Assembly (NCBI GenBank): GCA_002633005.1
Contig: NMRA01000656.1
Coordinates: forward strand, 50,571-114,570
DNA from: Phoronis australis
Taxonomy: Eukaryota; Animalia; Phoronida
Reading direction: 5' to 3'
Length of the DNA stretch: 64,000 nt
The translations under genes and the position numbers were made by a program. Shown here in pieces: positions 31,455 through 46,400 of the stretch (positions are counted from its first letter, which is position 1; every line of letters starts with the position of its first letter). Under the pieces are notes generated by a model. The model made no database searches. It was not told the DNA's origin and worked only from the letters and a program-made list of their open reading frames with translations.

Positions 31455-34400
31455 TCAGACAACGGGTATCCCAACTTGCAGGCCAATACCTGCAAAAAAA
31501 ACTTTACTTACTACAACTTTATCTGAAACAGAAACATAAGATGGATGATACCATACTATAGTCACTCCATTTTTTCCAGAACATATTTTTCGAATCTCCT
31601 TCGAAAATACAGGGACGGGGAAAATCTATCAATTATTCATTTCCAAATTGTGTGTGAAACCTGTCGTGGAACTGAAGTGGGATAGAGAAAATAACTTATG
31701 CGATGATACTCAGTCTTGGAAAAAAATTCATTCTGTAATTTATCATTGTACTTACGATGTCAGACTCAGATGGTTTCAATTTCGTATCAACCACACACTT
31801 ATTGGTCTAAACTCTTACTTAAAGAAATAGGTGTTAGTGAATCGTCTTTGTGTTCTTTCTGTGAGCAACCCAAAGAAACAATTCTACATTTGTTTTGGGA
31901 ATGCTCACTTGTTCAAAAGATTTGGGGATGTTTAAAAACATGGACGATAAATCAGTTCCATTTCCCTCTGCAGTTAAATATGTCTACCGCCTTGTTTGGA
32001 GATCCAGCCTGTAGATTTGAAGTTGTAAATTTAATTTTTTGCTTAGCGAAATTTCATTTATATAGACAAAGACTGCAAAAGGCCGAGTCCAATTTTCAGT
32101 CATTTTTATGTGAGGCATGTGATTACTACAACCTGGAAAAAATTATTTACAATTATAAATTGGATCCTTGGACATTCCAAGCAAGGTGGTCTTCTTTTTT
32201 TGCCTAGCAACTAGCTTTTATAGGGTTCGATAATGTTCCTAATTTGTTTAATGAACTTGACTAGATATCATATTGCTGTACAACTATGTACTTGTTGGTT
32301 GAATTAACAAATGTTTCATTAAAAAAAAATGTGGTCGTGTATAGACCGGCCTATTTTAATAAATGTCATGTGACTACAGGAAAGACTGGTGATTCAAAAA
32401 GCAACTTGAAGAAAGTTGTGTGAGTTGTGCTTGCGTTGTTGTTGCAAATTGCCTGGAAAATAACAAAGTCAGCATGGACACAGGCAGAACCTGTAGAAGA
32501 CCAACAACAACTCCATAATCTGCAAATAATGAAAACTTGGAGTGTCCGTCTATCAGACTCAACATATTGATGCGTCATTTAATGTGCCGGGCATGGTTTC
32601 AAGAAATAACAAACTGTCAAATATTGAGTTTTTCGGAGCCCATCTGACTAAAGAACAAGTTGACACCAATTTTATGGTGGAGAACAGTCTAAACAGAAAG
32701 TCAGCTTCTTCAACAGAAGGTGGTGTTATAGCAAGGAGTTCAACGAGTGGTCACTAGGTGGCAGAGCAGTAGTCGAATCTTACGTCAGCTTACCACAGAG
32801 ATTGTCACCATATTTGACGTAGATATAACCATCATTTCCAAAGGTAGTTCCCCAAGAGTTTCTTATGATGTAATATGGAACTGGACCTAAATGAAAACAT
32901 AAAATAAATTTACATTTCAAAAGTCACGAATCGGTTTCTGCCGAGAAAGAATTATGCCAATCAATAGGCCGTGATTTTTTCAAAAGTTTCATACTTGATG
33001 CATCATAGGTTCTTTAGAGGACTTAATGTGAATACATTGACTAAAAATTCAAAATAGAAAACTAAATTTTGTCAAATAAAAAACCTTCTGCACACAGGAC
33101 AACTATAATTGATTATTAATTGACCAGTTCCAATACTACCAAGGCTTAAAGTCTACAGTCCGCCACATACCCACTCCCTGATTTTCAAAACTTTTCCAAT
33201 GCCCATGCTCAATCATAGGCCCAGCTCCAAATTATACATTTGTGACTAACTTTTATACATGTCCTTGTGAACAAAGCTTTAAGAATTTCAGCTATCAAAA
33301 ATCACTTCGCTTACACATAACTAATATAAAGTCCACATTTAGAAGTAAAGTTGTTGACAACAATACAATACTCTGGGCATTATCCCAAAACTATTGTTGC
33401 TAAAAACATTCAGCCCCACTGTCTTAAAGTTTGCTATTGATAAGCCCATGCTTTGCTTAACATCCACCCTTAGAATTTTCAGTTTACTGAAACAGATCCT
33501 GAGCCGCAAGCCGGACAAGTATGGCAAAAAATGAATACTTCTGATGCTCAAACAGGAATTAACATCTCATCACCGAGCCACTATGTTATCACAGCCACAA
33601 GATATAGATGCCAACCTGTCTTCATATTTAGAGGTCATGGAAATTCACTTGTTCTTAAAGGCCCATGTAGTGATAATTAAGTCATGCCAAAATATCGGAG
33701 CTCAAGCTGTCGTGCAAAATTTGATACGCAAACTTGCTGAATTAAAAGCCTTCAGGTTCCACCTCAAATCATGAAACCTTTTGAAGTTAGCGCTGCTGGA
33801 CAGTCTAAAATACCTGACTGTTATATCGTTTAGTTCACATCGTGTCAAGAATGAATGAAGTCATTACTTTCCAAGCTCAACAAACTACAGCTATAGTAGT
33901 TATTTGAGACCAATTTATAGGTCAGTCATAAATGGAAAACTATGATAGATGGCGCTGGGTGCATTATGACTTCAATGAAAGAAAGCTCATTGCATTTTTG
34001 GTGGATGAAATAAATCTGATAACAGACATAGAACAGCTTATTATTTAAAATGACTTATTCTTATTAAAATGACATAGGCAAAAAATTGAATTTCAATTTT
34101 TTGCCTATTTCATTTTAATAAGACTAAGTCATTTTAAATAATAAGCTGTTATAGGTTATTTATCATGAAGCCTAAATTCAACGGAATTTTGCTATTTTAA
34201 ATGTACTAGGCTAACCAGACAGTCCTTGCAAAGCCTTAGTAAAATAAGAAAACGCAAGTTCAATCACACAGATGTACACCCGTCAAATGATAGGTGAAGT
34301 TACCTTTTAGTTCCATATTCTGTATCTGCAAGGACCAAGCACAAATAACAAAAGGCCAATAACAGTTGTATTGAATAGGGGTCTGAATAGAACACCACTG

Positions 34401-37400
34401 CGTGCGGGTGTTATTCGCAGCTGTTTGAATTAAAAGGTGATTCTCGCGGTGATGTAGACAAAAGCAAAGTAATACACCTAACAGTTCGTTACAATTTATG
34501 GCACTAGAGGGCTCTGAGCGATGCTCTTAACATACTGTAGAACCCAAATTTACAGGAGTTACCGGTCAAGATAGGTTTTAAGGAAATCACAAATCAAATC
34601 AATGTAATTCTCACCAGACAAATCATAGCCTACAATTTGTATGGCGTGATTATTATTTCTGGAACAGTGGTACTTGATAATTCCCCCCAGATAGTCGTTC
34701 CATGTGGTGGCGTCAACAGCTGCAGCAACCGGTCCATGGGTAAGGGCTTCCAGGAGATAGAACTCATTGAAACCGAGGTACCTAGAAGATGGAGCATTAC
34801 CACCAAACTACACGAGAGCGAGCTGGTTATTTTTTGCTAAATGGGAGCAAATCTGAAAACAACTTAAGGTTACGGAAGACTTTATTGACAAGTGTATGCA
34901 TTTAGCCAAATATATAAATTATAAAGCCTAACTGAGTGTGTATATAATTTCTGTAAGTAGAAAGCCCGTAGAGTGTTATATTGAACTTAATATCATTCTG
35001 TAATTAATTGGGTCACATGAACATGTCTTTTCAGTAAAAACTAAACAAAAAAGTAAAAGGTATATTGACACCAAAACAATGACCAATAACATGACCAAAT
35101 TTCATTTGATGTCAGATGCTCAAACTGAAATTTCAGAAATGCTGTTTCAGTTTTCTAAAATAACATTGTCTTCTTTTTTTATGCAACTTTTGATTTTTTC
35201 CATAAAAAATATTAAAGTTGATATTTTTGATACCCCCTCAGTCAAAATTGGAAAAATGTGACAGTGTTTTAGGAGATACTTATGAAAGAATCTGATTAGT
35301 CATTTTTGAGATAAGACGCTCCAACATTGGCCAAATTTGGACATTCCTCTTGAAGCGTCAAGCATGGCTTTGTTGGGCGATTTATATCACTTCACAGCTA
35401 CAGCATGTATAGTTAATAAGTAGGAAGGTAACACTATTTAAAGCTTAAAATTTCTATAAAATGACCAATGATGCTCATGTTTAGTAAAAGTAGTACCAAA
35501 AGAGTTTGTGTCACCTTTATGGCTTGGACAATCTACATTCGTGGCATGAGACAAATCGTATAAGCTTTAATTTGCACTAAAACATGACCACCACAAAGTC
35601 CCATGTCATAACTGCTCACAAACACAATATACGAGCCTCATCCGTTATATTACGTACTTGTTGCACGCAAAGTCCAAAATTCCAACTTTTCCTGGAGGTT
35701 CCATTTTACAGTAGTTGGATGTGTCTGTCAGAGGGTAGCGGTCAGCGGTCACCAACTTGAGTGATGTCTGTCAGAATTAATTTTAGTATTAATAGCAAAC
35801 ATCTGGCATAAACTTTCGCACATAGAAATGGGGACACAAAAGCAACTCCTGCACAGTCCAAATTAAAATTTGGCCATAAAGGGTGTGAATGAAGCTATTA
35901 AAGCACTTTCCGCACAAAAAAAAACAACTTTTGATTTAGACCACTAATACCATCATGAAACTGATCTCAAATTGCTCAGTAGTCAATTCAGATATACTGT
36001 AAACTCATGGGTTAACACCCTGGGCGTTTAAATTGGGAAACCCTGAGACAGGCGGGGGGAGGAGCGATTACCCAAGCAGTGGGCGCTTAAACCGACAATT
36101 AGCAAAAAATTAGGGGTGGGCAATTACCCAAGCATGGGCGTTAACCTGCGAGTGTACGGTAAGCGTGATTTCTGGGCATGGAAACAATTGGTGGTTCGTT
36201 ATAACTTGAGACATGGCTCTACTAGTTGACTTGTCATGGAGAGTTTATTTAGTTCTTTGTAAGACCAAAAATAATGCTGGATATCAGTAAGGAACAAGTT
36301 GAAACCAATTTTACTGAATGTAGTTAGTTTCCTCGACAAAACAGGGACTCATTGCCGCTTTAAAGCCAAAAGATAGAAACTTCCTGCATGCTGGGAATTT
36401 TCTTGCCATTTTCAACAGTTCAAATACTGGAATTGAATGGGTAACTCCAAGAAAGAAGATTCTGTTTGGTTCAAAATTAACCCAACAAACTTGTTTTATC
36501 TAAGCTCCACATTTTCTTGTCTTTGATTGATGTTGGGAAGGCAAAAACAGATATTTGTGAGGTTTATCTAACTTTCTCCTGTTTTAGCTGTAGTCCAAAG
36601 CACAGTTATTTTGTATTAATACCTACTTGGAACTGGAAGGACAGATAGAGTAATGTAGCTGAGAAAAACTTGTAAAGAATGTATACGATAGCAGCAAAGA
36701 ACATGTGGAACCCCAATGGCACGGAAACAGTGAAGCAACAAGAGTGCTTGACGAATATTGCGTAATTATGGGTAAATATTCAATTGTCCCGTGAAATCCA
36801 GGATAACCCTATTGCTAATAAAAGTTCTGAAAGATCAATGGCCAGTAGAGAACTACAAGTTAGTTATGACATAATGTAAGATATGAAAAATTTTATTACA
36901 GACCCATTTCTTCAGAAGAACATAACACATTTAACAGCAACTTGACTTTGGGTCTGCACATAAAACAGTCACGCTTGTCAGTTATGGACACCCTTAGAAA
37001 CATATGATATGTTCTATAGTCTAATAAATCTAGACATTCTTGTAAGGTCTTACATAACCTTAATGTAATCATTATGTAATATTGATAGCTTCACAATATG
37101 TTCTTACATCATTCAGCCACTTCATGGCGCCACAGATGCTTCCACCTTTACACCCATAATTCCCATTAACAGCGCAGTCAATTACTTGTTGTACACTCAA
37201 CAGAGGGGGTGAACTGTTGGTCTTGATGGCATAGGCACTCTCAATAGTTTCCACTGTACTGAAGGCCCTGGATCATGAATAACACAAAAAGTCATGAAGT
37301 TGAATGTGAAGAGAGCACACTTCTTGAAACTTCTAGAAATGGCTGCCTCAACATGTTAAAAAACCAATTGCTGTTACGACAAGGAACTTTAAGTCCAGTG

Positions 37401-40400
37401 AGTCAGAGTTTATCCATTTATATGTTCATTAGTTTAACCTATAAGTACAGACATGTCACAATAAATTGCGTTACTGTTTGCAATATTATGATAGCTTTGA
37501 GCGAATGGTGCTGTTCAGGGATTAGCAATCACAAACCGCCCAGACTTTGCCATGCTACAACACATTGCATTACAGAAAACGGGAAAAGATTGCAATATTT
37601 TGCAATAATTATAATTGTGTGGCAGAATGTGTTGGGAATGCAATGCATTGCATGAAAAGAATATGCTACGCTGAAACACTCTCACTGATCGAGTTTGGGC
37701 AAATCGACCAGCTCGCTAATGTTAAAATTCAGTGTTATCTTCAAATAAGCCATCCATCTGTAGCTGATGCTATCCTTCTCTGGAGATTAAAGTGCGTAAT
37801 CAGGCAAGAAATTGCCCATCCTTAAGCCATTGTAAACACTAAGGGCGACAATATTATTTTTTAAATTCTCATTTTGAAAGTTTTTAAATAGCATCACTTG
37901 AAAAGAACACATGGATAAGTTTTTGAATTTCGAAAATCGTACAGGCAAGGTGTCTTTTATAACCTAAAACTAGAAAGTGTTCCACAACTAAGTACTCTGC
38001 TTCATTAATTATGCTAGGCATGCAACATAACCAGTCAACTACCACGTGTCACACCCCAGCTGAGCTGAAAATTGAGGAAAGCCAAACGTTCTCATATATA
38101 ATTCTGGGCATCTGTGTCGCAAAATGAGTTTTGATGCATGTCAGCTGTGATCACAACAAGTTTAGTCGGCACGTGGTGTTTTGGATGTCATGGTTTGGGA
38201 GGAGCACCAGGGATAGGCTTTCACAATGATGTCTTTCCCTGAACAAAATTTTCACTACTTCCACCTGAATTTGCACCCACCCCACTACGGCAGCCAGTCA
38301 ACCTGACACAGCAGACTTACCAGCACCCACCACAGCTTTTCTGATTGCCAACAGGGGACACTGCATTCTTGGTCCTCCTAAAATAAAAAGAAACACTCAC
38401 AGTTCACATCTCTTTAATGCAAACCTGCAGAAAAAAAATGTTCCTCTTTAATAATATCAAGCTAAGGAAAAAATCGGCCTAATGCATATTTTATTACACA
38501 CGGTTGGACATTAACATAACAAAGACACAGGCAATAAACCCATGTTGTGTTGGAGAAACTAACTTTTGAATAGGACCACTGGAAGCTACAAAACAGGCTC
38601 CAATTTAAGTTCCTTACTCAAATGAGAAGTGATTTTGATGTTGCAAACAACTGACAGTTTGTTGTTGCTCAAAAGCAGGCTCTAAAATTTCACTTGTCAA
38701 TCTCTGAGACCTGAGTTTCCTAATGGTATGTCATCAATATCATAAGTTTTTGTAATAGAAAACAGGTTTCTTCCCCTGCTGAGTAAGCAAGAAGTTGCAA
38801 AAAGTTTTAGAGCGTGAAACAGAGTCTAAACCAAAAGTATGTTTTTGACAGACTAGGTTTATAGTCACTTGAACCATAGACTATAGTCTCTGCTTGAACT
38901 TACTGAGAGGTCAAAACAGAACGACTTCCCACTGAATATTTTCTGAAACATTGGTTACAATAAAGTTCACAAACATTTTGTTGATGATGCCAAAATGTCA
39001 AGTTAGAGCTGGCTGGACAGTCTGGTCAATCTATGAGAGTTTCCGGGGATACAACGAAAAAAATTAATAATTGCTAGCGACTTAAAATGGCACCGCCTAT
39101 GCGAGTAAACCATCTTTCAGCAAGATTGTAGACCTGTTGCAGCTGAAGTATGATTTGCTTTATTGGGTGATTGTTCTCTCCTTGCCATTCCCCAGACGTA
39201 AAGGCTGCCACCTCGTTTCAACCCCCTTCGGAAACAGGACTGAAAACACGTTGGTGCTACTGTTAACCCCTGTGCTCGGTTGCATGAAACAGTCCCACAT
39301 AGGGACTCAACTAAGTTCCCTAAATCTTCTGCATATTTTTGGACTTGTGAAACACCAATTGCCTTTTCTTATGCTGTTTTAGTTTCAGTACTAAGTCACA
39401 TTTTAATTTTGATACAAATTGAGAATTAACTTGACGTTGAATTCTCAATATTATTGAAAATAAATTGGAAGCTTTTCATGCAATGCCCCTAAATTAGGGA
39501 CTCAGTCCTATTTATTCTCATTGGATTCAGGGCTGCTTTTAGTTTTATTCTTAGAAAATATCAATTAGTCAAACAGGAGCTCGTAATCAAGCTGAATTGA
39601 CAGAAAAAGATTACATCTGTCTGTAAAGAAAGACACAAATAGGCAAAAGATTTAGGAACCTTAGTCCACAATTGGGACTGTATCACACAACCCGGCACTG
39701 AACCCCATAGATTGGTGACATACGTGACTCATGTAATGAATTTGGTGATGACAAACAAACAAACTAGTGATTTTCTACCAAATGAATTAAATCATATCAT
39801 AAATGACTGTGAAATATCTAACACAATAATATGTGTATCCTTATGTCTCAGCAGCTTCACTGATACAACAGTCATCTGTGCTGCTGATGTTCTGTATACA
39901 GCTAACAATAATTTGTCCACAATTCGTAGTTATTGTATGCACCAGAGTAATCAAGGTCTACATTTTGTTTAGTTTTCACAAATTTGACACTTTTGACTTT
40001 TCTTCAGTGTATTTGCTTCTATCTTTGATTAAAATGGTTACAGAACGAATACAATAAAATTTGTTTCATTTTTCACAAAGCGTTTTTTCAACCTTTTCCC
40101 ACGTTAGTTGGGTGCTCTCTTCCTTATCCTGACTACAGTCGCCGGATGATTGACAGGTAAGCCCAGTATCCAGAACAACACTAATCTTGTGAGATAAACA
40201 AGTTACATATTGACTGATCCACTGCCCAGCTGCTGTTTCTGCCACTCCCTAAGACAAGCAGAATATCCCATTCCCTTTACTGCTGTATGTAGAGTCTTCC
40301 CTATTAGCTATATATTCAAGACTATCTCCCAAAGAGCAATGGATTAGCCATAAAAAGTTCTACCAAGGAGTGTTCCAGATAGGAAAGCACTATTGGCATA

Positions 40401-43400
40401 ATCTCTATTGGATGCATGCTCCTAACTGTGTTAATGTATAGCAGCTGGAACTGAACGATAATGCTATTACAACATTGTCAGAATAAATATTGATTAAGTA
40501 ATTTGTAAGAATAGATCCATTTTAAGTTGCCCAAAATTTGTGCATATGTACTTTTAAATCATGGGGTTAGATGGTGTTTACAGCTTTGGGTTCTGGGGTC
40601 AAAGTACTCTAGAGATTCTAGAAAATTCTGAGAACAAATTATAACAGCCAATAATATGATTGGATATGATCATGTGGTTTTTATTAGCCAATCACTAAAT
40701 AAGTAGAATGTTATATTATGGGCTGAAATCAACAAGATAATTAGATGCGCTATAGTAGTTGAAGCATAAAAACTTGCTACAGTGTACAGAAGCAAAATTG
40801 TACGACAGAGCCATCTCGTGGAAGATTTTAGAAAGGATCTTGGCAAGGGCAAGGGTTAACGAACAGGAAGTTAACTATAGAGCTTGTCACTTGCATTGTG
40901 GGTAGTAAGATACTGCTGAAGTGTTGCGTCATCAGCCAGAGACTGTGACCAGCAAGAATTGCGGGTAGAAGAAATTGCCTGCAAGTGTTGCATCACCAGA
41001 AATGGTGACCAACAAGTACACTGTCGCTATATATTGTGTGTTGTTCGAAGATTCACCAACAGGACAGACATCCAACAAGTGGAGAGTCCTAGCTTAGAGA
41101 GCAGATAAGACATTTGATTATTTTGGTTGATTGATTAAAGTAATCTTTAAAAAGGGCACTAGCGTAATTACTCTTTGTATTTGATTACTTAATTAACAAT
41201 AGGTTTCACTTGTCTAATTAGGGGTTATCATATAACAAATTAATTACTGGATTTGATTATTCACTCTCCATCTTCGCACAATCTCAAAGCATAGCTACCT
41301 TTTAAACAAACCCACAATCAATCGTCTGACACACATTATGTACGCTAAACAAAGCGCAATTGTATTCATTGACAAATAGCATTTTGTAAATGTGAAAACA
41401 AAAAATTCGGCAAAAAGGTGACCTTTGCACTAATGATGTACCTCACGGGCTTTACAGTGGATCATTTTCACCACAAAACTCATTCTTAAAAACATTTGAT
41501 AATTTTCAACCTAATTCATATTCACATCATTGCTGTATGTTGACTCTCCTACTAATTTGGCCATGCAAAGCAATCAAATAGCCTGCAATTCCCACTTAAA
41601 TGACTGGTGAACTAGCATTACTCAATTAAATTAAAACACTAATTCTCAGAAGTTAGTGATAAGATTTATTATTACCGGTACTACAATTTTACTACAAGTA
41701 ACCATTAATTTGCTCTTAATTCACATATAAAACGATGTTTCTCCTCGCAACTTGTGTCGACCCACACAATATTCTTCTGAGTTAGATCAAGACAGAGACA
41801 GCGTTCACCAACGTTGGTGTCTTCACTAGGTGCACCTGGAAATAAATTGAACATGACCACGAAAAGTCATAACAAGTGCAAATTATGGTGAATTTTAATA
41901 AGTGTCCATTGTGTGCATCACAAACTGCAATATGGTCAGTGGCTCCCTGAACTGTTACAGCTTTAAAAGGTTTAGTGAGCACTTTCACCTGTTAACTCTA
42001 CTTTGATATCTTCCACATCATTCCTAGGTATATGTGATTTTCAATGTAAGAAATTCCAGTGTTTAAAGTTGCACATTTTTGTGTATTTTGCCCATGAATT
42101 TGGAGAGAAATGACAAAACGTTGAATCTTAGAGTTTGTGTACATTATTGATAAAAAATATTGTCTCAAGGCATTTCAATACTGTTGGTCACATTAAATGA
42201 GCAACGTTGCATCAAAATAGCAGTCAGCTTTTCAAAAACATCTAACACCTTGTGGCAGAATGAATACAAAACTAACAAATACCTAGACTGTTTTCATTGT
42301 CTAACTTAGGTTTACATACTAGTTTCAACTGAACAAGTGTGAGTAGGCTGGTTATATTTTGTTGATGCGATGCAAATCGTCGACTTTTACCAGAGATACT
42401 CACCCCTCTCACTCCATATCACAATCAGGGCCAGAGAAAGACACAGACATATTTACTCTCATCAAACTCTGGCCCCTCATCCACCAAAAATTCCCTCCCC
42501 TGGCCTCCTATGGACCACCTCCACATAGAGGTAAAGTTATTTACAATGAACAGCAATGGATAATTTTGAAACAATTTGGGTGAGTCACGTGAAAATACAA
42601 GTAATATATGGAGCACAAAGTTGTGTTGTTCAATGTTCATTGAGACACCCAATAGGTCAAAATTGAATATTGATCACAACTTGCCAGATTACTTGAGTTT
42701 TATCTTTTACTCCCTATATTCCTCATTTTTTGTTACTTGAAGCGCAATATTTCACTTCATAGAACTCTAGCCCTGGAATGCTAACGTCGATCCCGCACTG
42801 CTGAGGTTGCGCCGCGGATACGTGGAATTAGTTTGCATTCGTTTGTTCCAGTGTCGGTTATTCCTATGGAATTCACTCTCACTAAAACTTTTTGCAACTC
42901 CGCCATTTTTCAACCGAATTGCATAACATCATTAGAAACTCCCTTGTCAGTTCTTGATGCTGTATAATTATAGCAGAAGCAAACAATACATTTCTTAACT
43001 CGTGAATAATCATTATTTTGTATAACTTTCAAAAATATATTTTTACTACCAAAATATGAAAAATAATAGGGTGTAATAGTCTCATAAAACAAAAAATGAA
43101 CCAGAAAGGTTAAATGACTAATTACACAAGCAGGGAAGTAATTTCAACGATTCAAAAGATTTTATAATATGGATCCCTTAGAGTTGCTGTGAAGAATTTA
43201 GTCAGGCATTCAGTCAACATTATACACCTTTCTACATTAATTGGAAATTTAGTGCCGTTTAAAACAGTTCTTCAGCAAAAATTTAGGACACTCAAAAATG
43301 TGATAAACTAATTACTCCAACTGCCTATCTGAAATTTGCAGATAATTAAAGGCATTCTGATAGATTAAAATGAGGAGCAAGCATCTAAGGCGTAGGTTTG

Positions 43401-46400
43401 AAATGTACTGTGGATGGATCATTACACGGACTGCACTGTAGGACTCTCCATAGTGGTTAACCATAGTAAATAATAAACTCATTTATTGAGAAAGAAAAAA
43501 TTTGTGATCCAGATACATGTAGTGTGTGCTACCGTAAACAACAGACATAGGAATATGTTTTTACCATTGTTATGTTTCTAAAGAAAGTGGACTCTGGAAA
43601 ATAACAATATTCACGACAAAGAGACAAATGAGCACCTGTTCCATACTTGTCAACATTCGAGAAATAGAAAATAGGACAACTGGATAGGAAAGCGGAACTT
43701 CTGAATACACTGAGTAAGGCATCTGGGTCTATGCCAAAATAAGTTTGCTGCAACACACAAAAACGTCCCGATGGTATTTTTTGTCAAATGGGAGATGCTA
43801 CATCCAAATTTGTTCAACGATTTCTTTGAGGGGAATAAAAGCAATTGCAGGTGCCTCAACGAACCATGAAACGTTCCTTTTTTCTTTTTAGTCGAACGGA
43901 AGAATGGACTATCCGGCATAGAAATTACGCATGATGAACAAGTCACTGTCGCCGTGTGTCAAAAAGCAGGACATTCTCATGATATGGTGGGATTGTGGGA
44001 AAAATTCAAAAAAGTGGGATGGTCCACTAAGAGTAGGACCATAGGCAAGTACAATGTACGCTGTGAGCAACACAAAGTATTGGACTGGATTTTTTTACAA
44101 ATACTGCAGATAACATTCATTGCTCAGATATCGAATTAACAAAAAAGTATTTAGGCAACAGGTAAACATTGCACAAATGAATTATTATAGAAACAATTGA
44201 AAACAGTAATAATTTATGCAAACACAAAAACAAACATTTTGCTACGCAAATACGAGTAGTTGTTCGAGAGTTATTAATAAGTTAATACACCAGTTAAAAC
44301 TCCATTTTCTATAATTGCAGAACTAACACTTAGAAACCAAATGCCACTTCTTTCCATAAAATATAATGTGATTTTAACACCCAAAAATATCTTGTTGAAA
44401 AACTCCTAGCATGCAGTTTGATAACTTGTTGAAAGCGGTTCTAAGACTGTAGATGAAAAGATAGCAGATGCCAGACTATTCCCGGTACCTGACCAGGGTC
44501 ACCGGTCAGTGCATACAAAGAATGGCCAATGTAACTACCTGCAGTGGTTTGACTAATTTTGCCAGAAAATCACTGGTTGTCTAGAACCATGGATAAGGTT
44601 TCTTGCATGATGAACAAAACTATCAAAACAGAAAATTATGCAATGAAATTAGGCTTGATTTGATAACTACAACATTGATCACAACTCAGTCATGTAGACA
44701 GCCGGAAATACTCAGTGCAAACTCTTGCGTCTAGTCTTGGGGTCCCAAGCTCTAATACATTGGGCATGTGCGAGAGTTGGCATTCTTGGACTAGAGCTCA
44801 ATAGTGTACACTCATTTAATGGAAATTGGTTGTGATATTGTTTTTATTGTCAAGTTAATGAAGTATTGGCATCGTTTATTTATTCTTGATGTTTTACATG
44901 GCAAAAAGTGCCTCCAGGGATATTTTTCTAAAGAGTTGTCATGGTAACAAACTGTGTTTTTAAACAATGTCTGGGTAAAACGCACACCAACAGAATTGGT
45001 TGATAAAGGCTGTTTAAGCTCCATTAAATACCATTGTTAATACCACTTAACTACCTTCTGTAGAAGCCAACCAGGAACAGTGCTCAATTCTTTACAAATT
45101 TGCCTACCATTTGAGGTTCTCTTTTCTTAAATTTGAGCCAAAACCAATAAGGCTACATGGCTATTTCTGACAAAAGATTTTGTTTACCCGAGCGATAATT
45201 GGCCAATTTGTGATCTGACTAGCTTATGGGCTATCTACAGAGGAAACCACCATTTTTAAATGGTGGCTTTCTCTGGAGGCACACTTAAACATGTGCTGAG
45301 CAGGAATACAAGGTAAAGGATTTTCAGAGATGGATCAAGATGACAACATTGTATTTTTTAATGAATTTCATTGTTTTCAAGAAAATATAAACAAGAAGCA
45401 AATGCTAAGATGCCACCACCATTTTAAAAGCAACAAAATTTAGTATCAATACCCCTCCCAACACTGTTCTTTTGCCCAGACTATGAAATTAATGAGTCAA
45501 ATACATAATACCTTGTGCCCAGTTTGTATAGATACGTGTAGAAGGTTTCTGAACAATCCATCGACCAGTCGATGTCCACCGCCATTTATCTGTATTTATT
45601 TTTGATCCTGACGTCCATACTCTTGACACTGTCTTTTGGAACCTGCTGCCTCGTAGCATGGCATTCACCACTTCCTGTTCAGCTTGTGACTCAATTGACA
45701 AGAGATAACTGCCTAAATTTTTGCAAGCCTCAACAGCCATCCTGTGTGTTATCGAATTCTTCACCAATCTGTAGCAAGAATTGCCACGAAGGACAAACCT
45801 GGGGGGACACGTTGCTGCAGTGGAATGTTTTACTTTCATGACAACTGACGCCACTTGCTGGTTGATGTGATTTATCTGTTGATTTGTCGATGTCCTGATG
45901 TCATGCAGCTGCTTGGAAAAGTTCTGCAGCTGTCTGGAGAAACTCTCTAACTGGTGAGTAAACTTCGTCCTTTGCTTTTCAACATCAGATTGAACCACCT
46001 GTAACTGCTGTGTAGCAATATTGTGAAAAGACATTTGCAGTTGCTCAAGTTCACCTATTTTCTTTTCAATGGTATTCAAGGTCAGCGGGTCCAGGGACTG
46101 AGAGGCAGTCACAAAAAACAGCACACAGAGTACAAGAAGGGTATGCATGTTGGCAAATGAGTCGCAGTGAAGGATGTTCACACGAAGTTAAGATAAATAT
46201 AATAGAAATATACTGCACATCTGTTCCTCGGGGGGATGATGGGTGCAAATGTACTCTTCTGCAGGCGGCAACCAGGGCAGTAGCTATCTGCCTTTGGAAA
46301 GTTGGCAATGCCTAACTTTCAATACCAAAATTGTTGTAGAAGTAATAGGAATTGGCAACAAAATTATTGACCAGTCGTATGCAATGATAAAAAGTACTGG

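Noticed and set aside
42395-42510. Minus-strand exon-like segment with a GTGAGT donor in the lectin B intron
   Set aside because: Weak acceptor, stops in two frames, no lectin similarity; lectin B is complete without it.
44470-44600. 'CNYLQWFD' lectin-like words on plus
   Set aside because: Immediate stop, wrong strand, no cysteine framework.
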